A stretch of DNA of 31,187 nt. It comes from Thermococcus sp. JdFR-02 (lineage in GTDB: Archaea > Methanobacteriota_B > Thermococci > Thermococcales > Thermococcaceae). This document shows positions 10,121-19,830 of this stretch, piece by piece. Position 1 is the first letter of the stretch; every line of letters starts with the position of its first letter. The notes below the pieces were generated by a model. The model did not search any database. It saw only the letters and a program-made list of their open reading frames with translations, and was not told where the DNA came from. Both the position numbers and the translations under genes were made by a program. The DNA is taken from positions 1 through 31,187 of the forward strand of contig MTLP01000010.1 of NCBI GenBank assembly GCA_002009975.1, given 5' to 3'.

Positions 10121-10174
10121 GGTCAGAAACGGCAGGGCTCTTCATAGATCCGTTAGCGAAATTCTCATCATCCC
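10121..10174 (-). ncRNA. Box C/D methylation guide sRNA
   Basis: Minus strand reads GGG-ATGATGA(C)-GAATTTCGCTAA-CGGA(D')-TCT-ATGAAGA(C')-GCCCTGCCGTTT-CTGA(D)-CC, followed by T6. Canonical 12-nt guides, both complementary to conserved 23S rRNA segments. Confidence 0.92.
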
Positions 10175-10182
10175 AAACTAAG

Positions 10183-10881
10183 CTAAAGTTCTTCGACTAT
10201 CGTTACCACTTCTCTTAAATCACTTATTATGAACTCACACTCCCCCCATTGTTCCCTTTTTTCTCCGGTTTTATCAAAGAGAATACTCATAATATCAACC
10301 TGCCTTGCACCTACACAATCTTTCTTTGGATTGTCTCCTACATAAACTGCTTCCTCCCCTTTAATATCAGCTTTCTTTAATGCAATTTCAAACATCTGTG
10401 GATGAGGCTTGAAAAATCCTGCTTCCTCACTTGTTGTTATGCTGTCAAAGAGCTCAAGAATTCCTAAAGCTTCTAGGTGTGCTTTTAAATAATCGTTGTC
10501 TGAATCTGTTATCATTCCAACATGCAGCCCTTTTTCTTTTAGTGCCTTAAGAGTTTCTAGAGCTTCATCATAAAGCTTTCCATACTGCTGATGCATCTTC
10601 AAATGTATTTCCCAGAAATTTTCAGGAACCTTAAATCCATATTTTTTGCCAAGTTCGTTCATAGCCTCAGCGTCGATAATTCTTATGGGCTTGTATGGTT
10701 TGCCTGCTAATTGGTTAAACTTCTCTTTCGTTAAAGCTTCATACTCCTCCAATAATTTTTTTGGTTCAATCTGTGCATTGGCTTTTTTAACTACCTCTTC
10801 CATTATTTTAAGATGTGTAACTGTCTCACTTTCTTTGCTTAAAAGGGTTCCAACGAAATCGAAGAACACAGCTTTGATCAT
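10183..10881 (-). CDS. HAD-superfamily hydrolase (subfamily IA)
   Basis: Motif I FFDFVGTL, ITDSD, FKPHPQMF, YVGDNPKKD. Confidence 0.9.
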   Translation of the reverse strand: MIKAVFFDFVGTLLSKESETVTHLKIMEEVVKKANAQIEPKKLLEEYEALTKEKFNQLAGKPYKPIRIIDAEAMNELGKKYGFKVPENFWEIHLKMHQQYGKLYDEALETLKALKEKGLHVGMITDSDNDYLKAHLEALGILELFDSITTSEEAGFFKPHPQMFEIALKKADIKGEEAVYVGDNPKKDCVGARQVDIMSILFDKTGEKREQWGECEFIISDLREVVTIVEEL

Positions 10882-11087
10882 TGCTATCCCCTCTTTAAGC
10901 TATGCTTTTGAGGTTAAAACTTTATTGGCATTTTTTAGCCATCAAATATTTTCTATTAGCGAATTGAAGCATAGATCAATTTTTAGACTTTCGACAAGAT
11001 TTTTTCAAATAATCTTTATAGAATTGTCAATTTAACCTAAAACTTTGCAAAATGTATATATAGAACCTTAAAAACGTGTAAGGGAAG

Positions 11088-11375
11088 GTGATCAGATTGG
11101 AAGCAATACTCCTAATTTGGGGAGTCAGAGATGAGGTGCTTGAAAAGCTACCAATAAAGGGTTATTGGATTTATGGAGAGTATGACTTTATAGCTAAAAT
11201 AGATTTTACTGATGAAAAGGAGCTTAAAGAATTCTCGCTTATGTTAACGAAGCTTATCGGTGGTGGGAAATTTAAGATATTTCCAGTTAAGTTTTCATAT
11301 TCCAAAGAGATAGAAACCTCAGAAAATGCTCAAAGAAGACAACATAAAGAAAAAGGCACATTTTATATATTCTAA
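11088..11375 (+). CDS. Small stand-alone Lrp/AsnC ligand-binding (RAM)-like domain protein
   Basis: YWIYGEYDFIAKI resembles the AsnC C-terminal 'v.GeyDl' motif; no HTH. TATATATA upstream at about 11055. Confidence 0.6.
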   Translation: MIRLEAILLIWGVRDEVLEKLPIKGYWIYGEYDFIAKIDFTDEKELKEFSLMLTKLIGGGKFKIFPVKFSYSKEIETSENAQRRQHKEKGTFYIF

Positions 11376-11382
11376 CTTTTTA

Positions 11383-11955
11383 CTAGAGTTTTGACTCCAT
11401 TAAACCCTCTTTCTTAAGCTTTTCATAGGCTTTTCTCAAAACTTCTCTGATTTTATATCTCTTATCCAGACCGCCCAGCTTATAAGCAGCTTTCCTCAAA
11501 CTTCCCTCTTTTAAGAAGAGCTTTAGAAGGGCAATCTCTTCAAAGCTTAAACTGTTAAGGTGTTTAAGGGCTTTTTCAGCTATCTCAATTGGGTTATTTC
11601 CTTCATAGGGAAAATCAGCAGAAAGGATTGGAGTGTCCAAAATCTTTACAATCTCAAATTCTATTATAGTTGCTGGAGTATCTGGAGTTACTCTCTTGTA
11701 GTGCTCTTTCAGGGCACTGATAAGCTCCTCTTTGTTTTTAAACCCATCAAGCTTTGCATCTTCATCTGTAAGCTCCAAAACTTTTTTTGTTTCAACCCTC
11801 TTTACAATAGCCTTTCCCAAAACGTATCCACTTGAGTGAATCAAAATTTCCTCACCTGGTTTGAGGTTTACCTTTCTCCCAAGCCTTATGGTTGCTCTCT
11901 TTTTTCCGCTTAAAAGCAGGTCTTTGTATTTTCCATCGAATTTTAGGTTTTTCAT
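11383..11955 (-). CDS. ASCH-domain protein with a C-terminal helical/HTH-like extension
   Basis: GKKRATIR and [15 protein letters not shown] motifs; C-terminal [12 protein letters not shown]. Confidence 0.85.
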   Translation of the reverse strand: MKNLKFDGKYKDLLLSGKKRATIRLGRKVNLKPGEEILIHSSGYVLGKAIVKRVETKKVLELTDEDAKLDGFKNKEELISALKEHYKRVTPDTPATIIEFEIVKILDTPILSADFPYEGNNPIEIAEKALKHLNSLSFEEIALLKLFLKEGSLRKAAYKLGGLDKRYKIREVLRKAYEKLKKEGLMESKL

Positions 11956-12305
11956 TGCCCTTCACCTTTTGATTTTGGCTTTAAAAGTCTAAATTTTATT
12001 GCAATAACGCCGTAACGGTTTTCTTTCCATTTCGGATAAAGCTCATGAAACCTTTTGAGGGCTCTTTCAAAGCTCGGTTCATCAGGAAAGATTTGTTTGA
12101 TAGGTTCTTCCCTTAAAACTTGTCTAAAAGTCTCATAACTTTTTACACTCACGACTTCTGCAGGAATTAGATTGTTGAAGAGTATCTTGTCTTTAGATTG
12201 AATTCCTCTGAGCTGTGGATAAGCAACTCTAACTTCAATCTTCTTCTTTCCGCTTTTTATCATCTCTAAGTATTCATCTCTTACATAAAGTTTATACACT
12301 TTCAT
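11952..12305 (-). CDS. ASCH-domain protein
   Basis: [15 protein letters not shown] (GxKxxExR), Y..F...L and YGVIAI motifs. Stop overlaps the start of the next ASCH gene. Confidence 0.88.
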   Translation of the reverse strand: MKVYKLYVRDEYLEMIKSGKKKIEVRVAYPQLRGIQSKDKILFNNLIPAEVVSVKSYETFRQVLREEPIKQIFPDEPSFERALKRFHELYPKWKENRYGVIAIKFRLLKPKSKGEGQ

Positions 12306-12426
12306 TTCTACCTAAAATGAATAGATGGGAGCTTTTAAAAGTTTTCACACGTTGGAGATTCTCTAGGATTTACTAACATGACAACCTTTAAATCCAATAA
12401 TCCCTTATTATTATTTGGTGGCATAA

Positions 12427-12591
12427 GTGCAGAGAGCACAAAGTGCACTGGAGTACCTTTTTATGGTAGCGGCAGTTTTAATCTTAGTAGCCATAGCTAT
12501 GAGCTACATCATAACAAGCATGAGGGATATAAGTGCTGTGGTATCAAACTATACAGCAGAGATGAGGGAGGAATTAATAGAAAACCTCTGA
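12427..12591 (+). CDS. Small class III signal peptide (DUF361-type) pilin-like protein, 54 aa; not in the ORF track
   Basis: MQRA|QSALEYLFMVAAVLILVAIAMSYIITSMRDISAVVSNYTAEMREELIENL: basic residue-Ala cleavage site, Q at +1, E at +5, hydrophobic stretch. GGTGG RBS before GTG; ends 9 nt before the peptidase gene. Confidence 0.88.
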   Translation: MQRAQSALEYLFMVAAVLILVAIAMSYIITSMRDISAVVSNYTAEMREELIENL

Positions 12592-12600
12592 GGTGGAATA

Positions 12601-13728
12601 ATGGAAGCCGTTTTAATAAGTCTTGGGATTATTATGGGACTTCTTACATCTTACACTGATATAAAGACAGGGTTTATTGATGACAAACATGTCTTTCCTT
12701 TTGCAGCTTTAGGGATTCTATACTATTTGTACAATGGTATAAAAGTAGGTGATTATTTTTACGCCCTTTCTGGTATTATTGGGCTTGGATTAGGTTTTAT
12801 CTTGGGTTATTTGCTCTACATTATGGGCGGATGGGCAAGTGGAGATATCGTTATCCTAATGTGTTATTCAGCATTATTTCCCTATGCTTCAAGTTTTGCA
12901 AAAATTGTCGCACCATATACTATCAAATATCCTCTCCACGCTTTCACGCTCTTTTTTAACAGTATTATTGGTATTTTCCCCTTCATTTTTATATATGCTT
13001 TAGGGGGTCTGATAGCTCAAAAGAAGACGAGTAAGCTTAAAGAAGTTTTCTTAGAAAACGCGCCATTGACATTGGAACTTTCGCTTTGGATACTATTTTC
13101 CCTGATCCTGTTCCTAGTCCTCCAAACAAGTCTTAACTTTTCAGTTCACCCGCTAATTAGATGGATTGCAACTCTAGTCCTCATAACCCTTTTTAGTAAA
13201 AACAAGAAAGTTGGAGATGCTTTGGGAGTTGTCTCTCTAATTTATGCTATATATCTAACAGGTGTTGGGGTTATCTATGCTTTCATTAAAATGCTCATAA
13301 TATTTTATACATTCAAGGTCCTTTTTTCAATAGTTAAAGTATTGAGAGAGGAGATTCTAATAGAGAAAAAGAAGATTGAAGAGATAAGCGAATGGGACAT
13401 TCTGGGAGAATGGATCTATGAGAAAGAGGGCCAAGTCTTCAGAGATAGGGAGAGCTTTAACGAAAAGTTTAGAAGAGCCCTTTCAAGCGGTGATTTAAGC
13501 ATTTTAAAACCAGATTACAAGAATCTCGTAGCCTCTCCAACCGCTGAAGGTCTAAGAAAAGAGCAAATTGAAAAACTTAAACAATTGGTTCAAGAGGGGA
13601 AGCTTGAAAATGAGTTTTTAGTTAGAAAAGCGATGCCCTTTGCTCCAGCGTTGTTTTTGGGTTTCTTAATTTCAGTGTTCTATGGAGATTTATTCTGGTT
13701 ATTTTTCACAAAACTTAGTGGGATGTGA
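12601..13728 (+). CDS. eppA: A24-family prepilin peptidase, EppA-like long form
   Basis: Catalytic Asp motifs YTDIKTG and GGWASGD, many TM helices, C-terminal EGL...MPFAPAL; adjacent to the class III pilin gene. Confidence 0.82.
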   Translation: MEAVLISLGIIMGLLTSYTDIKTGFIDDKHVFPFAALGILYYLYNGIKVGDYFYALSGIIGLGLGFILGYLLYIMGGWASGDIVILMCYSALFPYASSFAKIVAPYTIKYPLHAFTLFFNSIIGIFPFIFIYALGGLIAQKKTSKLKEVFLENAPLTLELSLWILFSLILFLVLQTSLNFSVHPLIRWIATLVLITLFSKNKKVGDALGVVSLIYAIYLTGVGVIYAFIKMLIIFYTFKVLFSIVKVLREEILIEKKKIEEISEWDILGEWIYEKEGQVFRDRESFNEKFRRALSSGDLSILKPDYKNLVASPTAEGLRKEQIEKLKQLVQEGKLENEFLVRKAMPFAPALFLGFLISVFYGDLFWLFFTKLSGM

Positions 13729-13782
13729 GGTCAGAGAAGGGCGTGTTCGTCATCAATCGGAAAAGCAAAAGCTCATCATCCC
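13729..13782 (-). ncRNA. Box C/D methylation guide sRNA
   Basis: Minus strand reads GGG-ATGATGA(C)-GCTTTTGCTTTT-CCGA(D')-TTG-ATGACGA(C')-ACACGCCCTTCT-CTGA(D)-CC; 12-nt guides; occupies most of the intergenic gap. Confidence 0.9.
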
Positions 13783-13791
13783 ATAAAAACT

Positions 13792-15101
<1,310 letters not shown>

Positions 15102-15128
15102 TTAGGGGAAAGGATATTTATAACTATC

Positions 15129-15695
15129 TTACTTTTTCTTTGGCATTCCAATATACCTTGGAGTGCTTGATTTATAACGACGATACTCCTCTCCAAATAT
15201 ACGTTCCAAATAGGGCTCTTCTAGTTTAACGTTGTATAAGTGAATTCCAACAATAAGTGCTATCGTGAGCAAAAGTGCAAGCCCTGAACGTCCCATAATG
15301 GATATGCCCAAAAGTGCCAAGAACCAGCCAGTGTATTGAGGATTTCTGCTGTAGCGATATATGCCCGTAGTGATGAGTTTTGAAGTCTCTAAACCTGACA
15401 TTTTACGAAGAGATCGAAACTCAAGCATTCCTGCCAGCATTATAATGAGTCCAATAACTCCCATGAGGGTCCCACTTACTAAAGCAATAATCTTGTTGAG
15501 GGGTAATAGCCAAGTATTATCCAATGATGCAAAGAGCACCAATAGAAAATGGACCGTATCCGACACCCATATTGCAATTGAAACACGGAGAGGTAAAGTT
15601 TCTCCTTTTTCATAGGCTTTCTTTATTCCAAACCAGCAGTATAGGGATAGGATTACAACAATTCCTAAGCCAATGTAAAACCACATTAGCTTCAC
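15129..15695 (-). CDS. Isoprenylcysteine carboxyl methyltransferase/PEMT-family membrane protein
   Basis: LITTGIYRYSRNPQY and EEPYLERIFGEEYRRYK motifs; several TM helices. Confidence 0.88.
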   Translation of the reverse strand: MKLMWFYIGLGIVVILSLYCWFGIKKAYEKGETLPLRVSIAIWVSDTVHFLLVLFASLDNTWLLPLNKIIALVSGTLMGVIGLIIMLAGMLEFRSLRKMSGLETSKLITTGIYRYSRNPQYTGWFLALLGISIMGRSGLALLLTIALIVGIHLYNVKLEEPYLERIFGEEYRRYKSSTPRYIGMPKKK

Positions 15696-15706
15696 CTTAA
15701 TATTTC

Positions 15707-15748
15707 ATTGATTGAACATTTGAGTAATTGTTCAATCAATTATATAAA
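15707..15748 (-). promoter_or_regulatory. TATA box plus a perfect 12-bp inverted-repeat operator upstream of the ICMT-like gene
   Basis: ATTGATTGAACA-N10-TGTTCAATCAAT (15707-15740) abuts minus-strand TTTATATA (15748-15741). Confidence 0.7.
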
Positions 15749-15786
15749 CCTTACGTTGAAGAAAATACAAAAAAGAAGAGATGGAA

Positions 15787-16383
15787 TTAATCCCGATGAC
15801 CTCTATAAATTTCCAATGTTTTTACCGGTCTTCCTCTCGTTGGTCTTCCCATGAGTCTAACAATCTTCTCTGCAGTTGCCTTTCCATGTTTGAGCATTTT
15901 GTTTTCAGTCTTTATTTTTTCAAGCTTAAATACAAAGTCCCCAACTTTGTAAATATCTCCGATCATGAATTCTTCATCTCTATTAACCTGAACCTTGAAC
16001 GACTGTGTAATTCCTCCCTTTAAATAAATTGAAACACCTATTATTTTCGGATAACTCAAACTTTCTCCCCAAAGCGTCTTAACTTCACCAATCTTTGCTT
16101 TTCTGACTCTTCTGTTTCCTTCAAGTTCTATGCTTGTAATCTTCACTTCATCATTCTCAAGCTCAACTATGTCTCCAACTGCTATTTCCTCATCAATCGG
16201 AAGCTCTGCTTCTTGTTTAAAAGAGCGCTCATGCTTGCTGACAATAATTGGAATCTTTACCGTCTTTCCAAGAGTAACTTGCCAAACATAGCCGCAATCC
16301 CTGCACTTAAGTGTTAGTTCGCGTCCTCTCTCCTTTATAACTTTAATGTTGTCACTCTCACATTCTGGACATATAATTTCCAT
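15787..16383 (-). CDS. Archaeal Zn-ribbon protein (HVO_0476-like)
   Basis: CPEC...CRDCG Zn ribbon, IVSKHERS, duplicated beta domain. ATG 16383 follows AGGTGA RBS. Confidence 0.75.
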   Translation of the reverse strand: MEIICPECESDNIKVIKERGRELTLKCRDCGYVWQVTLGKTVKIPIIVSKHERSFKQEAELPIDEEIAVGDIVELENDEVKITSIELEGNRRVRKAKIGEVKTLWGESLSYPKIIGVSIYLKGGITQSFKVQVNRDEEFMIGDIYKVGDFVFKLEKIKTENKMLKHGKATAEKIVRLMGRPTRGRPVKTLEIYRGHRD

Positions 16384-16430
16384 TTTTCTCACCTATACCT
16401 CCCAACTTTAAGAAGTTAATAAATCTTTGC

Positions 16431-17330
16431 CTATTCTCTCAGCTTTACCAAATAGCTTCTCCCATCTTTTATCTTTTCAATTAAACCTTTCCTCTCCATC
16501 TCTTTAAGGAGCAAGCTCACTTTGGCTTTTGAAACTCCCAAGCGCTTTACAAGGTCACTTTGACGTACTGGTCCTCCCCTTAGTATCTCGATTATTTTTT
16601 CTTCATCGCTTTTTAAGATTTCAACCTTTTCCCTTTTTCTTTCCTTATAGAGCATACCCGCAAAGAAGCCTCCAATAAAAGCTGAGAGGAATATTACAAT
16701 CATCCAAATTGGAGAAAAGCCTCTCTTTATCTCTTGAGCAAAACCAACTATAAAATAGAATTCATCCCCTTCTTCAACATTTTCCTTTTTCCATTCTAAA
16801 ATCAACCTATTTTCTGAGCTTTCAAGCCTATTCGGAGAGGGTATTATAGGAGAAAGAACGGCATAACCCTTGGGCATGAAGAGTCTAACATAAAAAACTC
16901 CAACAGGTTGGTTGAACTTCACATAATAAGCAAACTGCTTTTTATTTTTGACCTCCTGCAGCATGCCTTCGGAGTAAAAGCTTATTATAATCTTTGCCTT
17001 ATCCCCTGGGTTTATTTCTGGGAAATTAACATAAATAGCATTAATTCCGCCAACAATAACATTGACAGTAACATTAACGGCCTGTGTGTTCCCGTTTATC
17101 TCAACTATTGCATCTGGACTCTCAATTGGATAATCGGAATAGAATACATACCTGTTAAGGGGAACATTCGCAACAAGCTCTATTTCAATCTTCTCTTTTA
17201 CCTTATTTTCATCGATAATATCAAAATATAGGGAATAAGTTGAAATCTCATAGTCATACTCTTTCTGCGAAGTTGCAAATGGCAACATCAATAGCAAAAG
17301 CAAGATTAAAACTCTCTTCAACTTTCTCAC
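16431..17330 (-). CDS. Membrane-anchored protein with an extracellular beta domain and a cytoplasmic winged HTH
   Basis: Signal peptide, beta-rich domain of about 180 aa, TM (IWMIVIFLSAFIGGFFAGML), then wHTH DEEKIIEIL...VRQSDLVKRLGVSKAKVSLLLKEMERKGLI. Confidence 0.82.
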   Translation of the reverse strand: MRKLKRVLILLLLLMLPFATSQKEYDYEISTYSLYFDIIDENKVKEKIEIELVANVPLNRYVFYSDYPIESPDAIVEINGNTQAVNVTVNVIVGGINAIYVNFPEINPGDKAKIIISFYSEGMLQEVKNKKQFAYYVKFNQPVGVFYVRLFMPKGYAVLSPIIPSPNRLESSENRLILEWKKENVEEGDEFYFIVGFAQEIKRGFSPIWMIVIFLSAFIGGFFAGMLYKERKREKVEILKSDEEKIIEILRGGPVRQSDLVKRLGVSKAKVSLLLKEMERKGLIEKIKDGRSYLVKLRE

Positions 17331-17339
17331 CTTATGTCC

Positions 17340-19226
17340 CTAAAGCTGACCCCCTTCTCTAACATTTTTAATCTTCAACAATGGACATATGTCCATACAT
17401 TTCCTACAATGGGTACATTTTGAATAATCGACAACTATTTTTCTTGTCTTTGGATTTATGCTTAAAGCATTTTCGGGACATCTTCCGACACAAACTCCAC
17501 AACCTACACATTCATAGGCTCTCTTTATTAGGTAATAAGCGGCAATGGCTTCGTCCCTATCTCTAGTAACGACATTTTCCTGTGTAAATATTATATTGTC
17601 TGCTTTTATATAGTTCTCCCCTTTTTCTACTTCCCCTAAAATAGGGACTACCTCTTTAATTCTCTTTAGGTTGATTCTCGTATTAAAAGTCACAATGTAA
17701 CGCTCATTTTCCTCTTTCAAAGTGTATTGGACAGGTTCCCAATATCTATTTTCTGGAAGTTGAATGCCTAATTTTTTGGCAAAAGCTTTTTGTCCAGAGG
17801 TTAAGCTCTTCCATCTCCAAAAGCCATAATCAATCCATTCTCTTGGTAGATCAAGTCTTTTTCTCCATTTTTCAAGTTCTTTCTCCCACTTCTTCCAAAG
17901 CTCGGGCTTTTCTTCTTTAAGAGTTTGAAATTCTGCCAGAGATGAGCTTGGACACAAGAAACAGCCAATTCTGTCTAAACGTCTCTCATAGAGAGGATTG
18001 TATTTGAGCTTTCTTGAGAATATATAAAGCCAAACCTCCAAAGCGTTCCAATGAAAAATAGGTGAAGCTCCAATTTCGTTAGGAACCCATGGATTTTTCC
18101 AAATTCTTGGTTGCCTAGCCCTTTGAATGCTCTCATATTTTCTCTGCCCCACAAACATTAAAACTCCTTGTGGATAGTGCTTTTTGATAGTTAACGTGAT
18201 TGGACCAAGTTTTGCAACTTTACAGCACCATCTATAATCTCTTCCAGGAGGGGAAAAGACATTAATTCCATGCCAAAAGTTATCCTTTGCATCTGCTACA
18301 ATTACTCCTACTCCTCTCTTCTCAAGTTCTTTTTTCATTTCCTCAACATATTCAATCGTTTCTGGAAATTCAATTCCAGTATTGTTAAAGAATATACTAA
18401 AGTTTCCTCCAAATTCTTCTAGCATCAAACCTAAAACTGCTAGGCTATCTTTTCCTCCAGAAAAAGCAACAGCTTTTGGTAGTTCAATATCCTTAGCAAC
18501 TTTTCTCATGAACTCCCTCGCTTCTCTAACTTTATTTTCCAAAGCACTTTTATTAGCCTTAATGACATCTTCGATAGTTGCTTTCTTTCCTTCTCTGTAA
18601 TTCACCTTCTTTTGATGCCTTGTTTTAATTGCAGTTCCCCTTCTAGTTTTGTCCAGAAGTTCATGAGCGTCTCTCTTTGCAATTCCAGTTGCTATAACTT
18701 CACCATCTTCGCTTACAACAATTACATCATCGCCAACTTTTATCGAGGGTTCTACTTCGACGATTCCTACTGCTAAAACATTTGCTCCTCTCCTTATCGG
18801 TTCTTTCGCTCCACTATCAACAATAACCCACTTTTTCATATTCTTTCCAAAGAACTTCCAAAGAGCTATTGCTCCCTCTAATTTTAGCGAAGCTTTCCAT
18901 CTAAGCTCTGCTGGGTCAAATCTTAGCCATCCAAAGATGTAACCATCAAAAATGATTTCATAAACGTCATCTTCACCGGGAGTTTTATTCATGAGCACTA
19001 TCTTTCCATCAATTATCTCGCTTAAATCAACACCATAATGAGCCTTGAATTCCCTTTTAATAAACTCCACATCACTTTTAAAAGCAAATCTAACATCAGC
19101 TGGAGGAGTCAAGTCTAGTCTAAATCCTTTTCCATGCAAATCACAATTCTCGCTTATTAAAGGGACATTACACTTCTCACACCAATGAAGATAAGCTTTG
19201 CCTAAAAACACAGGACCTTTCCTCAT
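17340..19226 (-). CDS. PUA domain-PAPS reductase family (PP-loop)-4Fe-4S ferredoxin fusion protein
   Basis: N-terminal CEKC Zn knuckle, PUA (VDSGAKEPIRRGANVLAVGI), AFSGGKDS PP-loop, WCCKVAK, RIGCFLCP, two CxxCxxCxxxCP motifs. Confidence 0.9.
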   Translation of the reverse strand: MRKGPVFLGKAYLHWCEKCNVPLISENCDLHGKGFRLDLTPPADVRFAFKSDVEFIKREFKAHYGVDLSEIIDGKIVLMNKTPGEDDVYEIIFDGYIFGWLRFDPAELRWKASLKLEGAIALWKFFGKNMKKWVIVDSGAKEPIRRGANVLAVGIVEVEPSIKVGDDVIVVSEDGEVIATGIAKRDAHELLDKTRRGTAIKTRHQKKVNYREGKKATIEDVIKANKSALENKVREAREFMRKVAKDIELPKAVAFSGGKDSLAVLGLMLEEFGGNFSIFFNNTGIEFPETIEYVEEMKKELEKRGVGVIVADAKDNFWHGINVFSPPGRDYRWCCKVAKLGPITLTIKKHYPQGVLMFVGQRKYESIQRARQPRIWKNPWVPNEIGASPIFHWNALEVWLYIFSRKLKYNPLYERRLDRIGCFLCPSSSLAEFQTLKEEKPELWKKWEKELEKWRKRLDLPREWIDYGFWRWKSLTSGQKAFAKKLGIQLPENRYWEPVQYTLKEENERYIVTFNTRINLKRIKEVVPILGEVEKGENYIKADNIIFTQENVVTRDRDEAIAAYYLIKRAYECVGCGVCVGRCPENALSINPKTRKIVVDYSKCTHCRKCMDICPLLKIKNVREGGQL

Positions 19227-19292
19227 TTTCTCACCTGAAGAAAAAATAGAAGATAGGTTTATAACAATTTTTGAAAAATAGACAAACTGAAA

Positions 19293-19805
19293 CTACTGCC
19301 TTGCAACTATCCTTTTAACCATCATGCACTTCTTAGCCAGCAATAATTTTGGTATATGCTTTGGTATGACAACTTCATCTACAAGCTTAATGCTCCTAAC
19401 TTTTGAATTAAGGACATCCCAGGTGACGTCATCTTCAAAAACTAACTTGTGAATATTTATAAAAAGTACTGGTTTCTCTATACTTTCCAAATCCATCTTC
19501 GTAATCTCGAGTTCACTTACTCCTGTTATAATGTCAAAATTCTTTGCACCTTCAATAACAGAACCAGCGACTTTTAATGGAGCACTAATTAGCTTTGCTC
19601 CTACTTTTCCCACTTGTTTGCCTACTTTTTCTCCCTTCTCCTCACTAATTTCAACTAAGCTTAGAAATATCTTCATAGCTTCGTTCATCAACTCACCAAC
19701 ATTTGTTCCAAGCTCACTAGCAACTTTTGTGAATCTTTCATAGACTTCTGGATCAATGCCTCTTACAGTCAACATCTTCTTTTCTTTTTTAATTTCCTCA
19801 ACCAT
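19293..19805 (-). CDS. Hypothetical protein with an N-terminal ribbon-helix-helix-like DNA-binding domain
   Basis: LTVRGIDPEVYERFTKVASELGTNVGELMNEAMKIF fits the RHH pattern; GGTGA RBS. Confidence 0.65.
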   Translation of the reverse strand: MVEEIKKEKKMLTVRGIDPEVYERFTKVASELGTNVGELMNEAMKIFLSLVEISEEKGEKVGKQVGKVGAKLISAPLKVAGSVIEGAKNFDIITGVSELEITKMDLESIEKPVLFINIHKLVFEDDVTWDVLNSKVRSIKLVDEVVIPKHIPKLLLAKKCMMVKRIVARQ

Positions 19806-19830
19806 TTACATCACCATATAACCTGTAATC

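Noticed and set aside
12378-12659. 93-aa plus-strand ORF in the track
   Set aside because: Off-frame shadow of the pilin-like gene at 12427-12591; overlaps the peptidase and has no RBS or motif
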